Of a stretch of DNA of 64,000 nt, positions 1 to 13,922 are shown in pieces. The stretch covers positions 8,370,001 to 8,434,000 of the forward strand of contig OZ316776.1 in the NCBI GenBank assembly GCA_973851085.1, given 5' to 3'. The stretch comes from Ptychomitrium polyphyllum. Its lineage: Eukaryota. Position numbers and translations under genes: made by a program. The notes beneath the pieces are model-generated. The model saw only the letters and a list, made by a program, of their open reading frames with translations, was not told where the DNA came from and did no database searches. Within the stretch, counting starts at the first letter, position 1. Each line of letters begins with the position of its first letter.

Positions 1-1324
1 TGATAGCAAATAGCAATATAAAATGGAAAGTATGAGTAAATACTAAGCCTAATAGGGGTGTCAAGAGATGATGTTGTCATCTGCTTTGTTGTTGTGTGAT
101 TTGGGAGGTTGTCACCTCGCAAGCCCGAGAATGCGCACCCACAGAGTTGGTAACGAAATATGGATTTGGATTCGATCTGTAGTAGCTTTTTGAAAAGTGT
201 AGCATCCCATGTGTAGGCATCATGCTAGTGTGCTTGCCACGTCGTAGAAACCATGCCACGAGCAGATAGCTAAATTACTCATACTACCCACTTCGGACAG
301 GGGTATAAGGAGAATCCTGCGCCGCTGCAAATCTTCATCTTTAGTTCTGAAATGTTTATTCATGCTGACGAACATCTACACAGCAAGACAGCAATTTGCA
401 AATATGTGCTGGAGCTCACCTCATGAACCACTACTAACATTTTGAACGTGAAAGGAACCAACCGCAAGGCTCTCCAGATTGACAACTCCTCCAGCAAAAG
501 TCTCTGAGTGCTCGAGCATCCCATCCCCGTCACTGTAGCATGGCAAGACTCGCTTCTCCTGCTCGAGCCTGGCATGACACATGTGACTCGCCTTCATCGA
601 ATTCGGATGTCCGTACCCAAGAATCAGTGGATATCCAAGCTGCCGCAGCTTGAATCTCAAATTGTGCCCACTGGAAAATTTGTAGAACGCAAGGATGGAT
701 ATTCGATAACCAGCGAATGTTAGCACTACACTGATGAACGGAATCATTTCGAATTTAACTATTTCTGTACTAGAGAAGCCACTCATCATCTGTGCACTAC
801 ACGTTCCAAACCGGCCATAACCAAATTTAACCATGCCGCACTTGATCTGTGTAGTATTGCTGTTCTTAATCAGTCATCTTTTTTATCAACCACCCACATG
901 CAAATGAAAATTAAGAAAGGTAAGTGTTCTGCTGTCATTGTTGTAAAGGAGCACTTTGAGATTCATGCAAAAGATTAACATACATGTGATCATCGATTGC
1001 CTTCTGCCACTACTTTACAGGAGTCAATGTCCGGCGGATCGAATTTTAGTTACACCAGGTTTGCATGGGTGCGCATGATCTGCACCGCTCTGAGTCAGGG
1101 TGGATGCTTTGACCTTTGAGCATACCTTACAACGAGACCCTCAATCAAATATAAGCCCCACTTGGGCACCGCTGAAATATCACTCTTCCGCAAACGGATT
1201 CTCGGTAGCATCTAGCATTCAAGAGAGGTTGGTGTTTTGGCAAGTTGTGCTTCTTCGTGGTCTGGTTTCTGCGTAAAAGTCCAGTGTTCAGGGGTTTCGC
1301 TCGGTTGTTAGCAGTCTAGCAACG

Positions 1325-3151
1325 ATGGTGCTACAGGCTGACCCCGCGGAATTGGGGTTTCTGCCCATGGGGTTTCTCAACCACCATGGCTACAAGATGG
1401 AGGACCCCATGGATTTCTATCAGAACATGATCCTCGAGGTTGTCTCCAACAAGATCAACCATTCGACGTATTACGTGAATGACCTCTCACCCCTGGCCAA
1501 CATGACGCCGCGTCTTTTCCCGAGGACCTTCAACCCGACTGCGAGGAATGCCATCAACCAGCACATGCGCATGCACGTGATGACAGCAAGGCGCAGAACT
1601 CCAGAGGGAAGGTTTCACGCGTGTCGGAGCTCCACGTCAATATTTCGGCCGAGACATTCTGGGAAGCCTGGATGAATGCCGAAGAAGGCGAAGTTCGCCC
1701 CAAGTTCATCGCCGTGCCTCTGCTCAATAAAGGACGAAGCGCGATATGTGTGGATTGACATGGCGTGGCCCATTCGCAGTATCCTCTTACCAGTGGCGCA
1801 GAACCGTTACGACGACATGCACCCACACTGTGTGTACGTGCAGCTCAATTTCAGGAGCCTGAAGGGCAAACTCGCATCCTCTGACTTCTTAGAAGATGAC
1901 AACCAGGGATTCTCCAGGTTGGAGGGAGACGAGAAGTACGGGTTGTACTGGACCTCGACGCCAGCGTCGATGCACGTGGACATCGATATGATGTACGGGA
2001 CGCTGCTGGTTCCCCGCGAGCGGCGGGAGAATAGCGACGACCTTGCTTGCCTCCAGTTGCATCATTGGTCACAAGTGCCATTGAATTTGTTACCCGGGCC
2101 ATTGAATTGGTGGTCGATTGACAAGAACCCGAGTTACTCGGTGGACTGGATGCCGAGGTGCATCAACGATGACGGGTTGCCTTTGGACAGGTTCCCAAGC
2201 GCTGTAAACAAGGTGGGCTTGCAATACAAGCCCCGAACGCCGTCCAAGCTTGCCGTCATACTGGACACTGTGGTTCAGTTTGGCCTAGGTTTTGTTCCCA
2301 TCGTGGGGCCCTTAATGGCATTTATCGGCTCGGAGATCATCAATGTGATCGAAGACCCCACCAGATACTCTACTGAGGCGAAACTGCAAGAGAAATTTGG
2401 CGAGGGCTTATTTAAACCATTGCTGGAAAGCATGATAAACTTCAGGAAATTCGTCAAGTAGAAAAGAGTCATGTCTTCAATCCCGTCCAGGTCAAATTTC
2501 GCGATTGAAGCATCACTTTCCACATATGGAGCACCACTTGCCACGAAGAGTGCATGGATTGGAATCCCCCCGTTTGAGACTTTGTTTCCCTTGACTGGAG
2601 AATCGATTCTCACCGACGAGTCCCGGTTGAGGTTCGAACATGGTCTGGATCTGAAGTTTGACGAGAAGTTGACACTGTTTGGAGCAACTGAATCCGTCGG
2701 TCTGATGCCTATGTTCGCGGACGATCTGGACAAGTTCCAGCAGCACCCAGAAGCGTTTGCATGGGAGACTCCAGCCGACCTGCCTGTTTTGAAGAAGGAT
2801 TTGGAGGAAGAGAAGGCTGAGGAAGCTGCCAGTCCCATCGTGAAGGATTCGGAGGCTGCCGAGGACAAAGCCAAAGTCAACCATGACGTCATCGCTTCTG
2901 CAAGGAGCGTAGAATGTTCACCACGCTGCCCAGGCACAGGATCTGTCAACGAAGTCGTACAGCACAGGCACGACTGGTTCGAATCTGTGCAAGAGCAGCT
3001 TGCAATTGTTCTTACATTACGCAGATGCAAGTGTTGCCGTGTTCTGTTTTGGGAGACAAGTGGGAGGACGAGTGAGAAAGTGCCACTCACTCAACGCTTG
3101 GGTTCCAAGACTTGTGCTAAACTCACTGCCACACTCTTCCTTTCACCGTGA
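1325..3151 (+). pseudogene. Orphan coding sequence broken by two in-frame stops (probable pseudogene, unknown family)
   Basis: ORFs 1325-1675, 1676-2461 and 2471-3151 share one frame and are separated only by TGA (1673-1675) and TAG (2459-2461). Composition is protein-like, with a hydrophobic segment VVQFGLGFVPIVGPLMAFIG and an acidic tail. Confidence 0.55.
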
Positions 3152-4703
3152 ACTTTGAACCCTTCAGTTTTGACATTGCGCCCCAAGTTGGTAGATTTTA
3201 CTTGATTTCATTGAGGAGTTGACCCCTTTAACGACACCAACGATTCAGAATCATTTGCCATTGGTTATTGAAGAACTGTGGAATTGTTTAAATGTGTTGT
3301 TTGAGTAAAACAAAAGGCGGTTTCTATTACTGTATGTTTACTAAATCAATGGTTTTCTACATGCAAGATACATGATGATATCTTACATAACATCTAAAGT
3401 AATGATAGAAAAATGTTACAAACTTTTAATTTTTTTGTTAGATATTCTATCACTATCTTGTAAAAAATAATTCAACATTTTTCTTTTCAAAAGACTCACA
3501 CTAATTAGATTTTCTTTTTAAACTTTTAGTAAAGATAAACTAATTATTGGTTATACGTGGTGAAAGGAAATGAATTTACTCAATCCGAATAATATTTATA
3601 AATAATATATATTTCTTTTTTAAAGTATGTATAGCTTTATATTGTGATATTAAATGCCCTTTAATATTCATTATATTTTTTAATGTAATTAATGTGCATT
3701 ATTATTAATAATCATAATTAAAACATTAATCAAAAACTTAACAATCTTGTATTAAAAAATATCATTCATTTAATACTCATTGAGTATAAAATTAACTATT
3801 TAATTTAAATTTTATAATATTATTGCTCAATTTTATAAGATTGTCACTTTGTCTTTTTATGATATATATTAGTAGAAACCTAAAAAAACAAGCTATTTTC
3901 AAAGGCACAAGTTGTAAAGCCATTAAAACCTCAATTTTGGTATAATCTTTTACATGATATGAAATTGTTGAAACTAAAAAGCAAAGTTATAAATTGCATT
4001 TCAATTTTTTACATATTTTAATAATTTTCCCAAATGAATGGATGAATATGCTTAGAATATATACATTCATATGAGAATATTAGTAGGTACATGAATGAAA
4101 CCATGCAAAAATTGATACGGCTGCTACCACATCTTTGATGTGATGATATTTGATGTAGGATTTTATACAATTATAAAAAATAAAAATAAAAAGTAAAGAA
4201 GTAAAAAATATACAATGAATAAAATTTTAAGAAAAAAAGTTGAAAGAAAGTAAACTATAAAACAAAAACTGCAAACTACAAACATCGAAAAGTGAAAAGT
4301 AAAACGTAAAAATTAAAGATAAAAAGTAAATAGTCAACAATCAACAACTAAAATATACAAAAAAATAAATTAAGTTAATTAAAGTAAAGAGTAAACATAA
4401 AAATCAATCAGAAGTGCGAACGGACGGACAGAGCTGACAAGACATGACTATAGGTTTGTTTGTATACTTTGTACAAAAGCCTAAAAGCATGATCTAGCCT
4501 CATGCCACGGATGTTCCAGCAATGATTTATTTCCTTCCACGGATAAAATTCACACCAAACAGGAAAAAGAATCTCATCAAAATGCAAGGGTCCCCATACA
4601 CCGTCCAGAAAATACACCGCTCCCATCGCACGTCACCATCTACAATCCCTTCCCCCCAAACCACGAATACCCACACCGGCACTCGTGGAACTCTATAGCT
4701 CCA

Positions 4704-4769
4704 ACGTGGCACCCACCCCTGCCGCCGTCACCCTAAGCAGTTCCAGCCAGAACCGCCCGCACGCCACGT
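4704..4769. promoter_or_regulatory. Pair of ABRE/G-box-like ACGTGGC motifs upstream of HPPD
   Basis: ACGTGGC at 4704-4710 and its reverse complement GCCACGT at 4763-4769, in GC-rich DNA about 600 bp upstream of the HPPD ATG. Confidence 0.35.
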
Positions 4770-5322
4770 CCGTGAAGGCGCTGATGGCCGTGCAAATGCC
4801 AAGGTCAAGGCAAAGTTGGCCCGAACTCCGCACCTTCTCGTGAAGCTCGCCTTTGCTCATCAACGCTTCAGCGCGCCTCGCACTTGCGCGTCGTCGCTAC
4901 GGAATCCCGATCCTCGCATCAATGCTCGCGAGTTTCCTGCGCGCAACATTCTCACCATCAATCATCAAAGCGCGGTTTACAAACTTGTACCTTGAGTAAG
5001 TGGTTCCGCAGGAGCTTTTGGTTGCGTCGGTGTTGTTTCTGTGAGCGTGGTGTGTTGCGGGTTGTGCGATGCGGATTCGCATATGAGGCGCAGTTGCGAG
5101 GGGGTCTGGAGTGTTGAAGGTTTGCTCGTGAGGAGGGAGTGTGGGGAGGTGAGGTAGGGAGGCAGGCTGGAGAGGGCGGCGTGTAGGGTGGGCGGGGGGA
5201 TCGCCAACGCGTTCTTCAACTCCCTGGAACGCTACTCGTGTGTGGCGCTCAGTGTGACGGACAGCGACGACGAGGACGGGGAGGGAGGCAACAGCCGCAG
5301 GGCGTGCACGAGTCGGTTTGGG

Positions 5323-7292
5323 ATGGGGCTCGACAAGGGTGACCATGACGGTAGCGGGATCGGCGCGCTGCGTCTCGTCGGGTGTGAGCGGTTCGTCAGG
5401 AATAATCCCAAGTCGGATCGTTTCGGTGTGCAGCGGTTCCATCACATCGAGTTTTGGTGAGTATTTTGTGCTTGTTTCTGTAACGGCCTCGTGACGGAGG
5501 ATGTTGCTACTTGCTTTCTGGGTTGGAATCTCGTCCTTTTCGATGTAAGGGCGGGTTGCGGAGATGCATGTATTGGCAGTTCGTGTGCTGGTCGAAGGAT
5601 TTGGTTGGAGGTGTTTTGAGAGTGGATTTTATACGCGTGATCCTTTCTGATTGCAAACTAGGGTTGAAGTGCGTTCTGGTAGTGGGTAGGTGCGTATGGC
5701 GTCTTTAGGATGAATTGTGTTTCTTTAGCTTTTAATTATCAAATGCTGGACAGATAGGATGAATTACTCCAAAGTATGGGTAAATTGATGTGTTATCATC
5801 CTTAGCATCCGCTTGCTCTTGAGGCTTTTACTCGGTGTATTAACCCGAGGATATTCGTATGTGCAGGTGTGGTGATGCATCCAACACATGGAGAAGGTTT
5901 TCTTGGGGTTTTGGTATGCATCTTGTGGCGAAATCGGACCAAACAACCGGCAACCAAACCTATTGCAGCTATGCGTGTCAGTCGAACGAACTCTTGTTTA
6001 CCTTTACTGCCCCATACTCTTCCAAGATTGATCAGACCGGTACAAAGATGCCTCACCCTGGTTACAGGAGCGAGGAAGCTCGGAGTTTCATTGAAGCTCA
6101 TGGGCTGGCGGTAAGGGCAGTGGGAGTCCTTGTGGATGATGCTGATGAAGCTCATCGTGTGAGTGTTGAAAATGGAGCGGTTTCTGTATTGGAACCTCAT
6201 GTTTTGACTGACAGTGCAAAGGGTGGTAAGATGGTTATGGCGGAGGTGAAACTCTATGGTGACGTGGTTTTGAGATATGTTAGTAAGCATGGGTACAAGG
6301 GGCCCATGTTACCTAATTATGAGGAGGTGGAATCGCTGCCTCTCACATATGGTGTCGTGCGACTTGATCACGCTGTCGGAAATGTGCATAAACTTGCCGA
6401 AGCTGTAAATTATATTGCTAAGTTCTCTGGCTTTCACGAGTTCGCTGAATTTACATCTGATGACGTTGGGACAACAGAAAGTGGATTAAACAGCATGGTA
6501 CTGGCAAGCAACAATGAAATGGTGTTGTTGCCTATAAATGAGCCTACTTTTGGTACAAAACGCAAATCCCAGATTCAGACTTATCTCGAACACAACGAAG
6601 GTCCAGGGCTGCAGCATTTAGCTCTGATCTGTGATGACATTTTTTATACTCTGAGGGAAATGAGGACTCGTACACATATTGGCGGTTTTGACTTCATGCC
6701 CAAACCCCCTCCTACTTATTACAAAAACTTGGCCAGCCGGATTGGGTCTGTCCTGACTGAAGAGCAGATCAAAGAGTGTGACGAGCTTGGGATTCTCGTG
6801 GATAAGGACGATCAAGGCGTGTTGTTACAGATTTTCACGAAGCCTCTTGGTGACAGGTGAGCTTGCTGCACTGCATATCATGCTTTTCGTTTAGCAGTTC
6901 TTGCAACTCTTGCAGTCATGGGTGTTAAACAAGTTGCAGTTTGGCCTTATGTGTATCATCCATTGACAGAACTATGATTGTTGTTGTGGTAATGGCGGTT
7001 TTATTTTGGTTTTACAAGAGTTATTTGAAGGATGTTCCTTTTTGATGTTGCAACCGGAAAGTTGAGTTGTTTTCAAAGCTGTCTATATGCTACTAACGAG
7101 TGGCGTTTCTTGTTCAGGCCAACGATCTTCATAGAGATCATTCAGAGGGTTGGATGCATGGAGAAAGACGAAAGGACAGGTGTAGCCTTTCAGAAGGGAG
7201 GTTGCGGTGGCTTTGGCAAGGGAAACTTCTCAGAGCTGTTCAAATCTATTGAAGAGTACGAGAAAACTCTTGATGGCACTCTAAAAGCATAA
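5323..7292 (+). CDS. HPPD: 4-hydroxyphenylpyruvate dioxygenase, 3 exons (5323-5456, 5867-6856, 7118-7292)
   Basis: Motifs FHHIEFWCGDA, LDHAVGNV, ESGLNSMVLA, EHNEGPGLQHLAL, LLQIFTKP and QKGGCGGFGKGNFSELFKSIE. The GT-AG junctions keep the frame. Confidence 0.97.
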
Positions 7293-9277
7293 TGCATATT
7301 GTATTTACCCTGTAGCTCATGTCTGTGCTTTGGGCATGTATATAGACGTTTGCACCGATAGGATTCAATATCCGATGTCGAGGGACTGTGGGACCCTTTC
7401 TCATGAGGAAAACTTTTGGTTCCTATTTACATATGTGTGCCAGGTCGTTTGTTACTTGGATAGGGAATTTTTTGATATTTTTTCACGAGAGGTACTATGA
7501 TAAGGGTTGGGTCATCATGATATGATCCTTCGGAACTGATAATTTGAGCTGAGCATTTTTTAAACTCCATTTGGTTATGTTTTTGTTGTAGTGATTCAGT
7601 AATAACTAGGGTTTATAAGCTTTAAGATCTAGAATACTGGAACATTTTCTGTCTTGTCATAATGACATACTAGTGATGCATGTACATGATGCATTTATAG
7701 AATGTTAGAATAATAAGCACCTAATCACGTTTTCTACTGTACATTTGGTTCCATAGTCAATTTTATACATGTTGCTTGGGCTATCCCCGAAATGCAGGGT
7801 TCCTGGGAATCGGTGTCACCAGTGCAGTGAAGCTTGCTGTATTGAATTCTGCACAAGCAGGCATTGCTCACAAAATCATTTGTTTGTAACGCCAAAATGT
7901 TATAAGTTAATGCTGTTATTGCTAAATAAAATGAAGCATTATCAAAGTCATTGATGCTAACTTCCTGTCTGCAGCCGAGAATTGTAATTTTATGAAGTCC
8001 TTAGTAATCTTGTGATGACCTCTAATTCTAACGCAGATTTAGGTGCTATAGGAGGCCTGCAAGAGTTTATATGCAACACAATTCTACGCCAGTCGATTGA
8101 AAAGGTCTTGGGACGAAATGTGAGCTAATTCTTTCCCTTAATACAGTGCAACACTTGCAGTCAAGATTATGAAAGAAATCTTGTAAATCTTATTTTGCTA
8201 AATAAGTTGCATCAGATGCTGACATCTTGATCTGTTCAATTAAATCATTTGGTATGTAGAAAATTAGAAATTACAAACTTGGCTGGATTTAAACCAGTTC
8301 TCTCATCTGAAGGCTTGAACGCTTGAACATCTTGTTTCGGATTATGTATCCAACAAAAATCCAGAAAATTCCTTTTCATGGCTTCACTTGTGTTTCAGTC
8401 ATCTTTAGATTTAGATTTTTTTTGGTTTATTATTTTTATTTTAAAACTAGTTCTTGGCTGAAAATATGAGATGTGATCTTACTGGATAAATATTTTGTTC
8501 TTTTAAACCAACACTAATCATCATTCCAACTTGACTGCACCCATTATTACCAAAACTGTGAGGCTAGTGAGATTTGACATAAAACATTATAAAACATCAT
8601 TTCACATTATTATTTATCAGCATTGTTAATATTGTAAAACTATTATATTAGAATTATTATACTATTTTATTTACATTAACATAAATATAAATATATTAGC
8701 ATGTTCTACACCATATATACATTACTACAAGTAATGTGAAAATCTCCAATTAGGACAATTGGAGTTTTATTCTAATTCCTTCTTATTTTTAAACTCTTAC
8801 AATTATTATAATTCATAGTAAAGGATATGTTTAATAATTGTTATTAATTAATTAGTACAATAGTTAAAGTTTTACATATTAATATATATGTGGTAATGGT
8901 ATATACGAAATATATTTTTCTAATTAAAATGATAAATTTTGCAATGTTCTTACATGTTTTTAATTTTCAATAATGAATATATTATTAAATTTTAATAAAC
9001 ATTTCTCACTTCTTTTAAAGATCATATATAAATTGGTTACAAATTAATATGTGTATTGATTATAATTTAATATATATGTTGTTTTACAAAAATATGTTTA
9101 TTATTTCTTGAAATAAACCAAAAACAAGTAATTGACTCGTTTACATCAAATTCAAGGAAACAAATTTGATTGCAATTTGCAAAGTGAAAAAATGAAATTA
9201 CATGTATTGAGATTATATATAATGAACCTTTTTACACCTTTTCAAAATGAAAAACTAATCATATATTTTAAGCATCT

Positions 9278-9320
9278 TAAATTGGCATATAAATTGGCAT
9301 ATAAATTGGCATATAAATTG
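9278..9320. repeat. 12-bp tandem repeat (TAAATTGGCATA) x3.5 in AT-rich intergenic DNA
   Basis: Three exact units plus a partial fourth, read directly. Confidence 0.9.
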
Positions 9321-9494
9321 TTTACAAATCTATGTAATTTTTTTTTTAAAATTAGTAAAAAATAAACAAATGCAAGAAGTTGACTAATCAATATTAGATT
9401 CTAAATAATAATTTAAACCTCACTCTCACCAAAAACGTACCCTTTCAACCTCAAACTCCGTGTAAGAGTCCCAAACGAACAAACCACTCGCGGT

Positions 9495-9525
9495 CCACGT
9501 CACTTCACACCCAGGCCGACGTGGC
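9495..9525. promoter_or_regulatory. ACGT-core elements (CCACGTCA, GACGTGGC) upstream of HHL1
   Basis: Two bZIP-type ACGT boxes about 500 bp upstream of the ATG, at the AT-rich to GC-rich transition. Confidence 0.35.
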
Positions 9526-10011
9526 TAGCATTGAGCTTCCAGCTCCGGATCCGCAACGAAAGGCTGAAACGCGACTCCAAACTCTGCGAGACTTCCATCC
9601 CGACCGAACCGAGAATATTTCCTGCCGAATGGCGACCCCGCCCCAGCCTGGCACCGAACCTGATCTCCGATCCTATCCACTCCTAACCAAGAGGAATCAT
9701 CCCCAAAACCGTCGCTGCACCTGGGACTTTTATCATCTACGGTGAGGCAACATGCAGTGTTAATAAGTTTATAGTGCTTGTAGATAACGATGGGTTTTGG
9801 TACATGGACGGTTCTGGACATTGAACCCGCAGCTTGCCATCACAGAGGAGGCACTGGTGCTCTGAAACTCGAGCAGATTGATCAGCCAGGAATTCGTAGC
9901 AAGGTTGAGTTTCTGAAAACTTTTCCAAAGATTGCGGTTTTGTGAGGGTCTGTGAGGTAGTGTGAGGTTTTGGGAGTTTTTTTGGAGGATTTGTGTTTGA
10001 GGGTGCACGCG

Positions 10012-11936
10012 ATGGAGGCGACCATGGTGGCGCTTGCCGCGCCTGGGGCGTCCAGCTTGAGTTCTGTGACCAAGCGTGGGGCGGTTGTGGGGGCGCACCA
10101 GACGTCGTTTATGGTGGGGAGCGGTGGGGCGGCGTTGAAGTCGTCGTGTTGTAGCGTGGAGGAGCAGAGTGGGAGGGAGAGGGGAGGGGTGGCTTTGAGA
10201 GTGCAGGCGAAGGGGAGGCGGACTGCTGGTGTGCCTGGAAGGCAGCCTAACCGGCAGCAGATGCCGGCGATGCCACCCATGGACGACGATAACCCCAAGT
10301 TTGTTCTGTTTATTCGAACTTTAAATGTAAAGTATTTTGTGTTTTGATCTCTCTTTACTCTGCGGGTTGGACTTTGTGGAATTGTAGTTGTGCGAATTCC
10401 AGTGAGCTCGCAATCGGGAATGTTTGTGGGTGACAAGGGTATTGATTCTTCAACTAAGAAAAGGACATTGCATTCAGATTCTTGTTCTAGAGTCTCAGTT
10501 CACTTTATTTCCATTGGTTAGGTCCAGTTTGTTGGATGTAATTCAGGAATGGTGTCATTTGTTGTAGAATGGGGATTTATATCTTGGCAGCATATGAGGA
10601 CGAATCCCTTGATTTTTAGGTTTTCCTTGAAAAATATTTCTCGAATTGCTCGAGTCCGTTGGCTTATCCTCGTAGTCGAATTGTGAGCCCGTAGGAGAGC
10701 CCATTCTTATTGTGTTACTCTGAGGGGACAAGCAGTCTTGACACGTCCGAGATCTGGCACTTTATAAGCCAATTTGGTTGCCATTTGTGTCCGATCGATT
10801 ATCACATTGAAAATTCAATGTTCCTGAATTGTTTAACCGGATGATATGCATGTTTTTTAAAAACTTGGCGCTGTAACGCATGTTCGTCATTATCAGGGCG
10901 AAGGACAAGAAGTGCCTTTCAAAGATGAGCATAAGAAGAGAAATGATGGATGAAGCGATCAACTGAAATTGTTTCGCAACGTGCAGGTACCAAGGTGGTA
11001 TCCCTTGAGCGTAGTGACAGGAGGAACAACAGCAAAAATGATGGTAGGAGCCATGAAGAATGATTGGGGAAAGAAGCTGTATGAAGGCACCTTAACGCGG
11101 AACATTGCTGGCGTTATTTATAAGGTAAAGAGCATTGCCTTAGGGCAGAAAACGGGCCGAGAGAATGCCGGATACTACATATCCACCTTCATCCTATTCT
11201 TGTAGTTTCGAGTCACTAAACTAGAGTTTAGGAGTGAACCTCCTGGATGGTGGTAGCAATGTACTCTCAAGTTTTGATTCTTGTTAAGGTCCTGCGCATT
11301 ATGAACTTAACCGTGGCAATGTAGAGCTCTCTAGTTTCTTCAATGAGGCATTGTGGTTGATTTACGTTACTTACTCCAAGCGGCGGCTGTTGCATCTCAG
11401 GATGAACGACAAGTTCGACAAACAGCTATTAAACAGTATCCTGTACTGAAGTCTGCCACTGGATTCCAATATGGTTACAAGATCATGGTACGCTTCTTTC
11501 AACGTCGTCTGACCATTCACGGTGAATATAGAGTTTGTTGAATCATATTTTGTAATATAGGCCGAATTTTTTTGGAATGCACTAAGATGGGCAATTGACT
11601 GTTGCAGAATCCCGCAAATCCCAAGTCGGCCCTCTTTGCCTCGGATGTCGTCCCAGTAAGACATCTCTCTATCTGTTTACTTTTTAACTTCCTTTAGCCT
11701 AGTATCAATGGCAGCAACTGGCTTATAAGCTTTTTCGGTTCGGAGGTTGGATAATGAAACTCGAAGTAATTATTCAACATTGTGTTTTTTTTCAGGTCCC
11801 TCCAAAGGAAGAGCTGAATTCCGTCGTGGACAACGTAAAGGACTTCTTTGGTAAAATTGGAGACTCATTCGGCAGCTTAGGAGGTCTACCAGCTGGGTCA
11901 GAAGGACAAGCAGGAGAGTCTAAAGACAAGAAGTAG
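10012..11936 (+). CDS. HHL1: HYPERSENSITIVE TO HIGH LIGHT 1-like thylakoid PSII-repair protein, 5 exons (10012-10326, 10987-11124, 11401-11487, 11608-11655, 11796-11936)
   Basis: Transit-peptide-like N-terminus, then DDDNPKFVLFIR, WYPLSVVTGGTTAKMMV, TLTRNIAGVIYKDE, TAIKQYPVLKSATGFQYGYK and VVDNVKDFFG, matching recalled HHL1 motifs. All junctions are GT-AG and in phase. Confidence 0.9.
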
Positions 11937-13922
11937 GCCACTTCATCGAAAAGAGATGCTGCCACTTGTAATGAGAGTATGCTGGATTCATCAAAACGTG
12001 GATAGAATCGCATTTTTTTAGCTGTTAAAGCTTGTATGAACGTTCCTGTACTGTATTGTCGGAGCTTAATTTAGTTGTTAATTTCTGTTTAAGAGTTAGG
12101 AATCAAAGGAGGGGAGTGACAAGCGTGATTATGAAGGTGTAGAGGAGAGAAAATGTGGATCTGTTTTCATATGCTGCCTTTGTATCAATGTATCACTATT
12201 CTCGCATTTGGTGCACATAAGTTCTCCTGGAGCAAGAGCTTCATGTTTGAGGCACTTTTTTGGACCAAAGTGATTCGATGCTGGAACATTGTGCAGGTAG
12301 GAGCTCAGTTCGGTATTCGACTTGGGAAAATCACAGAATACGAAGTACAACACTTGAACATCAACAAATTCAGGCATAGCAGGAACTTGTTCTCCTCGTT
12401 GTAGTCTGTAAATCATAATAATATTTAATTTGGAGTTACATCATTAAGTTCGTTCGTTGTTGTCAATACCAGCCATGTAACAAATAATGAGTGTGGTAAT
12501 TCAAGGGCAGTAGTATCTGTACGTGTATCTGAATCTGTGAAATTCAAAAATCTTGATCTGATCATTGCTCCCAAGTATTAGTATATCTCGATTAGAAAGG
12601 ATAGGTGCATATGCTGACACTACTTTGAGCCTTGCACTTGCAATTTTATCACTCCTTAAGCCTACCTTACCTATTCTACGTTATACTGCTAAGGACAGAT
12701 CGATCATCATCCTCTATTTTATCTTACAAGTTAACGCAGACATCTAGAAGGAGGATGGAGTGTTCACAAAGTATGCGGTTCTACTGAGATATGCTGCAAG
12801 GTTTTGAAAAGTATGGGTATTATAAACATAAGTACATCAATCCCAAGGCAGGGTTTTGCTCCTATTTAGTCGTCTGAATGAGATATGACTGACTCTACTA
12901 ATTATACATAAATTAATGCTGACCAGGAACAGCAAAAGAATTATGAAATTTACAACCAGATGGATCGTATAGCGATCTGCTACATTCAAAAGGTCTGCCG
13001 GAGATGCAATGGCCTGAGGGAAAAACTTCCAAGCCGGCTTGAGGGCACAAGAATTACTCCTTCGAGTCCGCTAAAACCACAGCAGTTACCTTTTAGATTA
13101 GAGTGGCACCTCGATCGCTTTCACTACCGCAATCTTCATACTGTACGTTATTCCAAATTACCATCCAGTATCCCGGAGCCAAGAACTTGAAGCAGCCTGC
13201 ACATGACTCGGTACATTTTATCATCTGACAAAGCAAACATGGCGACCGAGCAGAGAGACAAATCTTGTTGCAGCCGAACCAGCGTCCGCTGCGTTCACTC
13301 CATATGATGGTAATTAATAAACATTCTGAAACTAAAGGGCTCACCATAGACACTTAGGCTAACCAGTCTCCAGAGTCCGATACTTCTAAATCTTGAAGAC
13401 CGAATAAGAACATGGGTTTGTCAACGCTAAGTCAATCTTACCCCTCTCATACTATTCTATGCAGAGTTCAGTAAACCTCACTATGCGTTCAAACATAACA
13501 GAAAAGAAATTTGCGCCAAGTCCCCAAATACTGGCAAGACCTATTGGGCAACCACCATGCACTTATTTTGCAGAAGCTCTGTCAATCTTCACGAAAGATA
13601 GCTACACTACAGTAGTCGCACATAACCCATGATATCAAAGTCACCATTTTAAATCTTCTCAGGTAATTGTCTTCTGCCAAGTTTCAGAATAATGAAAGCA
13701 TGGCGTGCAAAAAGCATAAACTCGAACCCATGTGGTAGAACTAAAAAACCTTCCTGAAGATAAAAACTAGATCTCCTAAGATGATCTATAACTTTCACAA
13801 AACTTCCACGAACCCAAGTGCATTCTCAAGACGAGCATTTGAAGATTATGAGATCAATGTTGTCAGCAATATGTCCAAACTACTGAAGGTACATAAACAC
13901 CTACACATTGTAGATATTCTGC

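Noticed and set aside
2275..3090. 271-aa minus-strand ORF
   Set aside because: Antisense shadow of the plus-strand frame. It is Ser/Phe/Leu-rich, as expected from reversing an acidic coding region.
3330..4405. AT-rich tract with AAAAGTAAA-like low-complexity repeats (similar tracts at 8420-9420 and 42200-43400)
   Set aside because: Probably decayed transposon or low-complexity DNA, but no termini or coding remnants could be supported.
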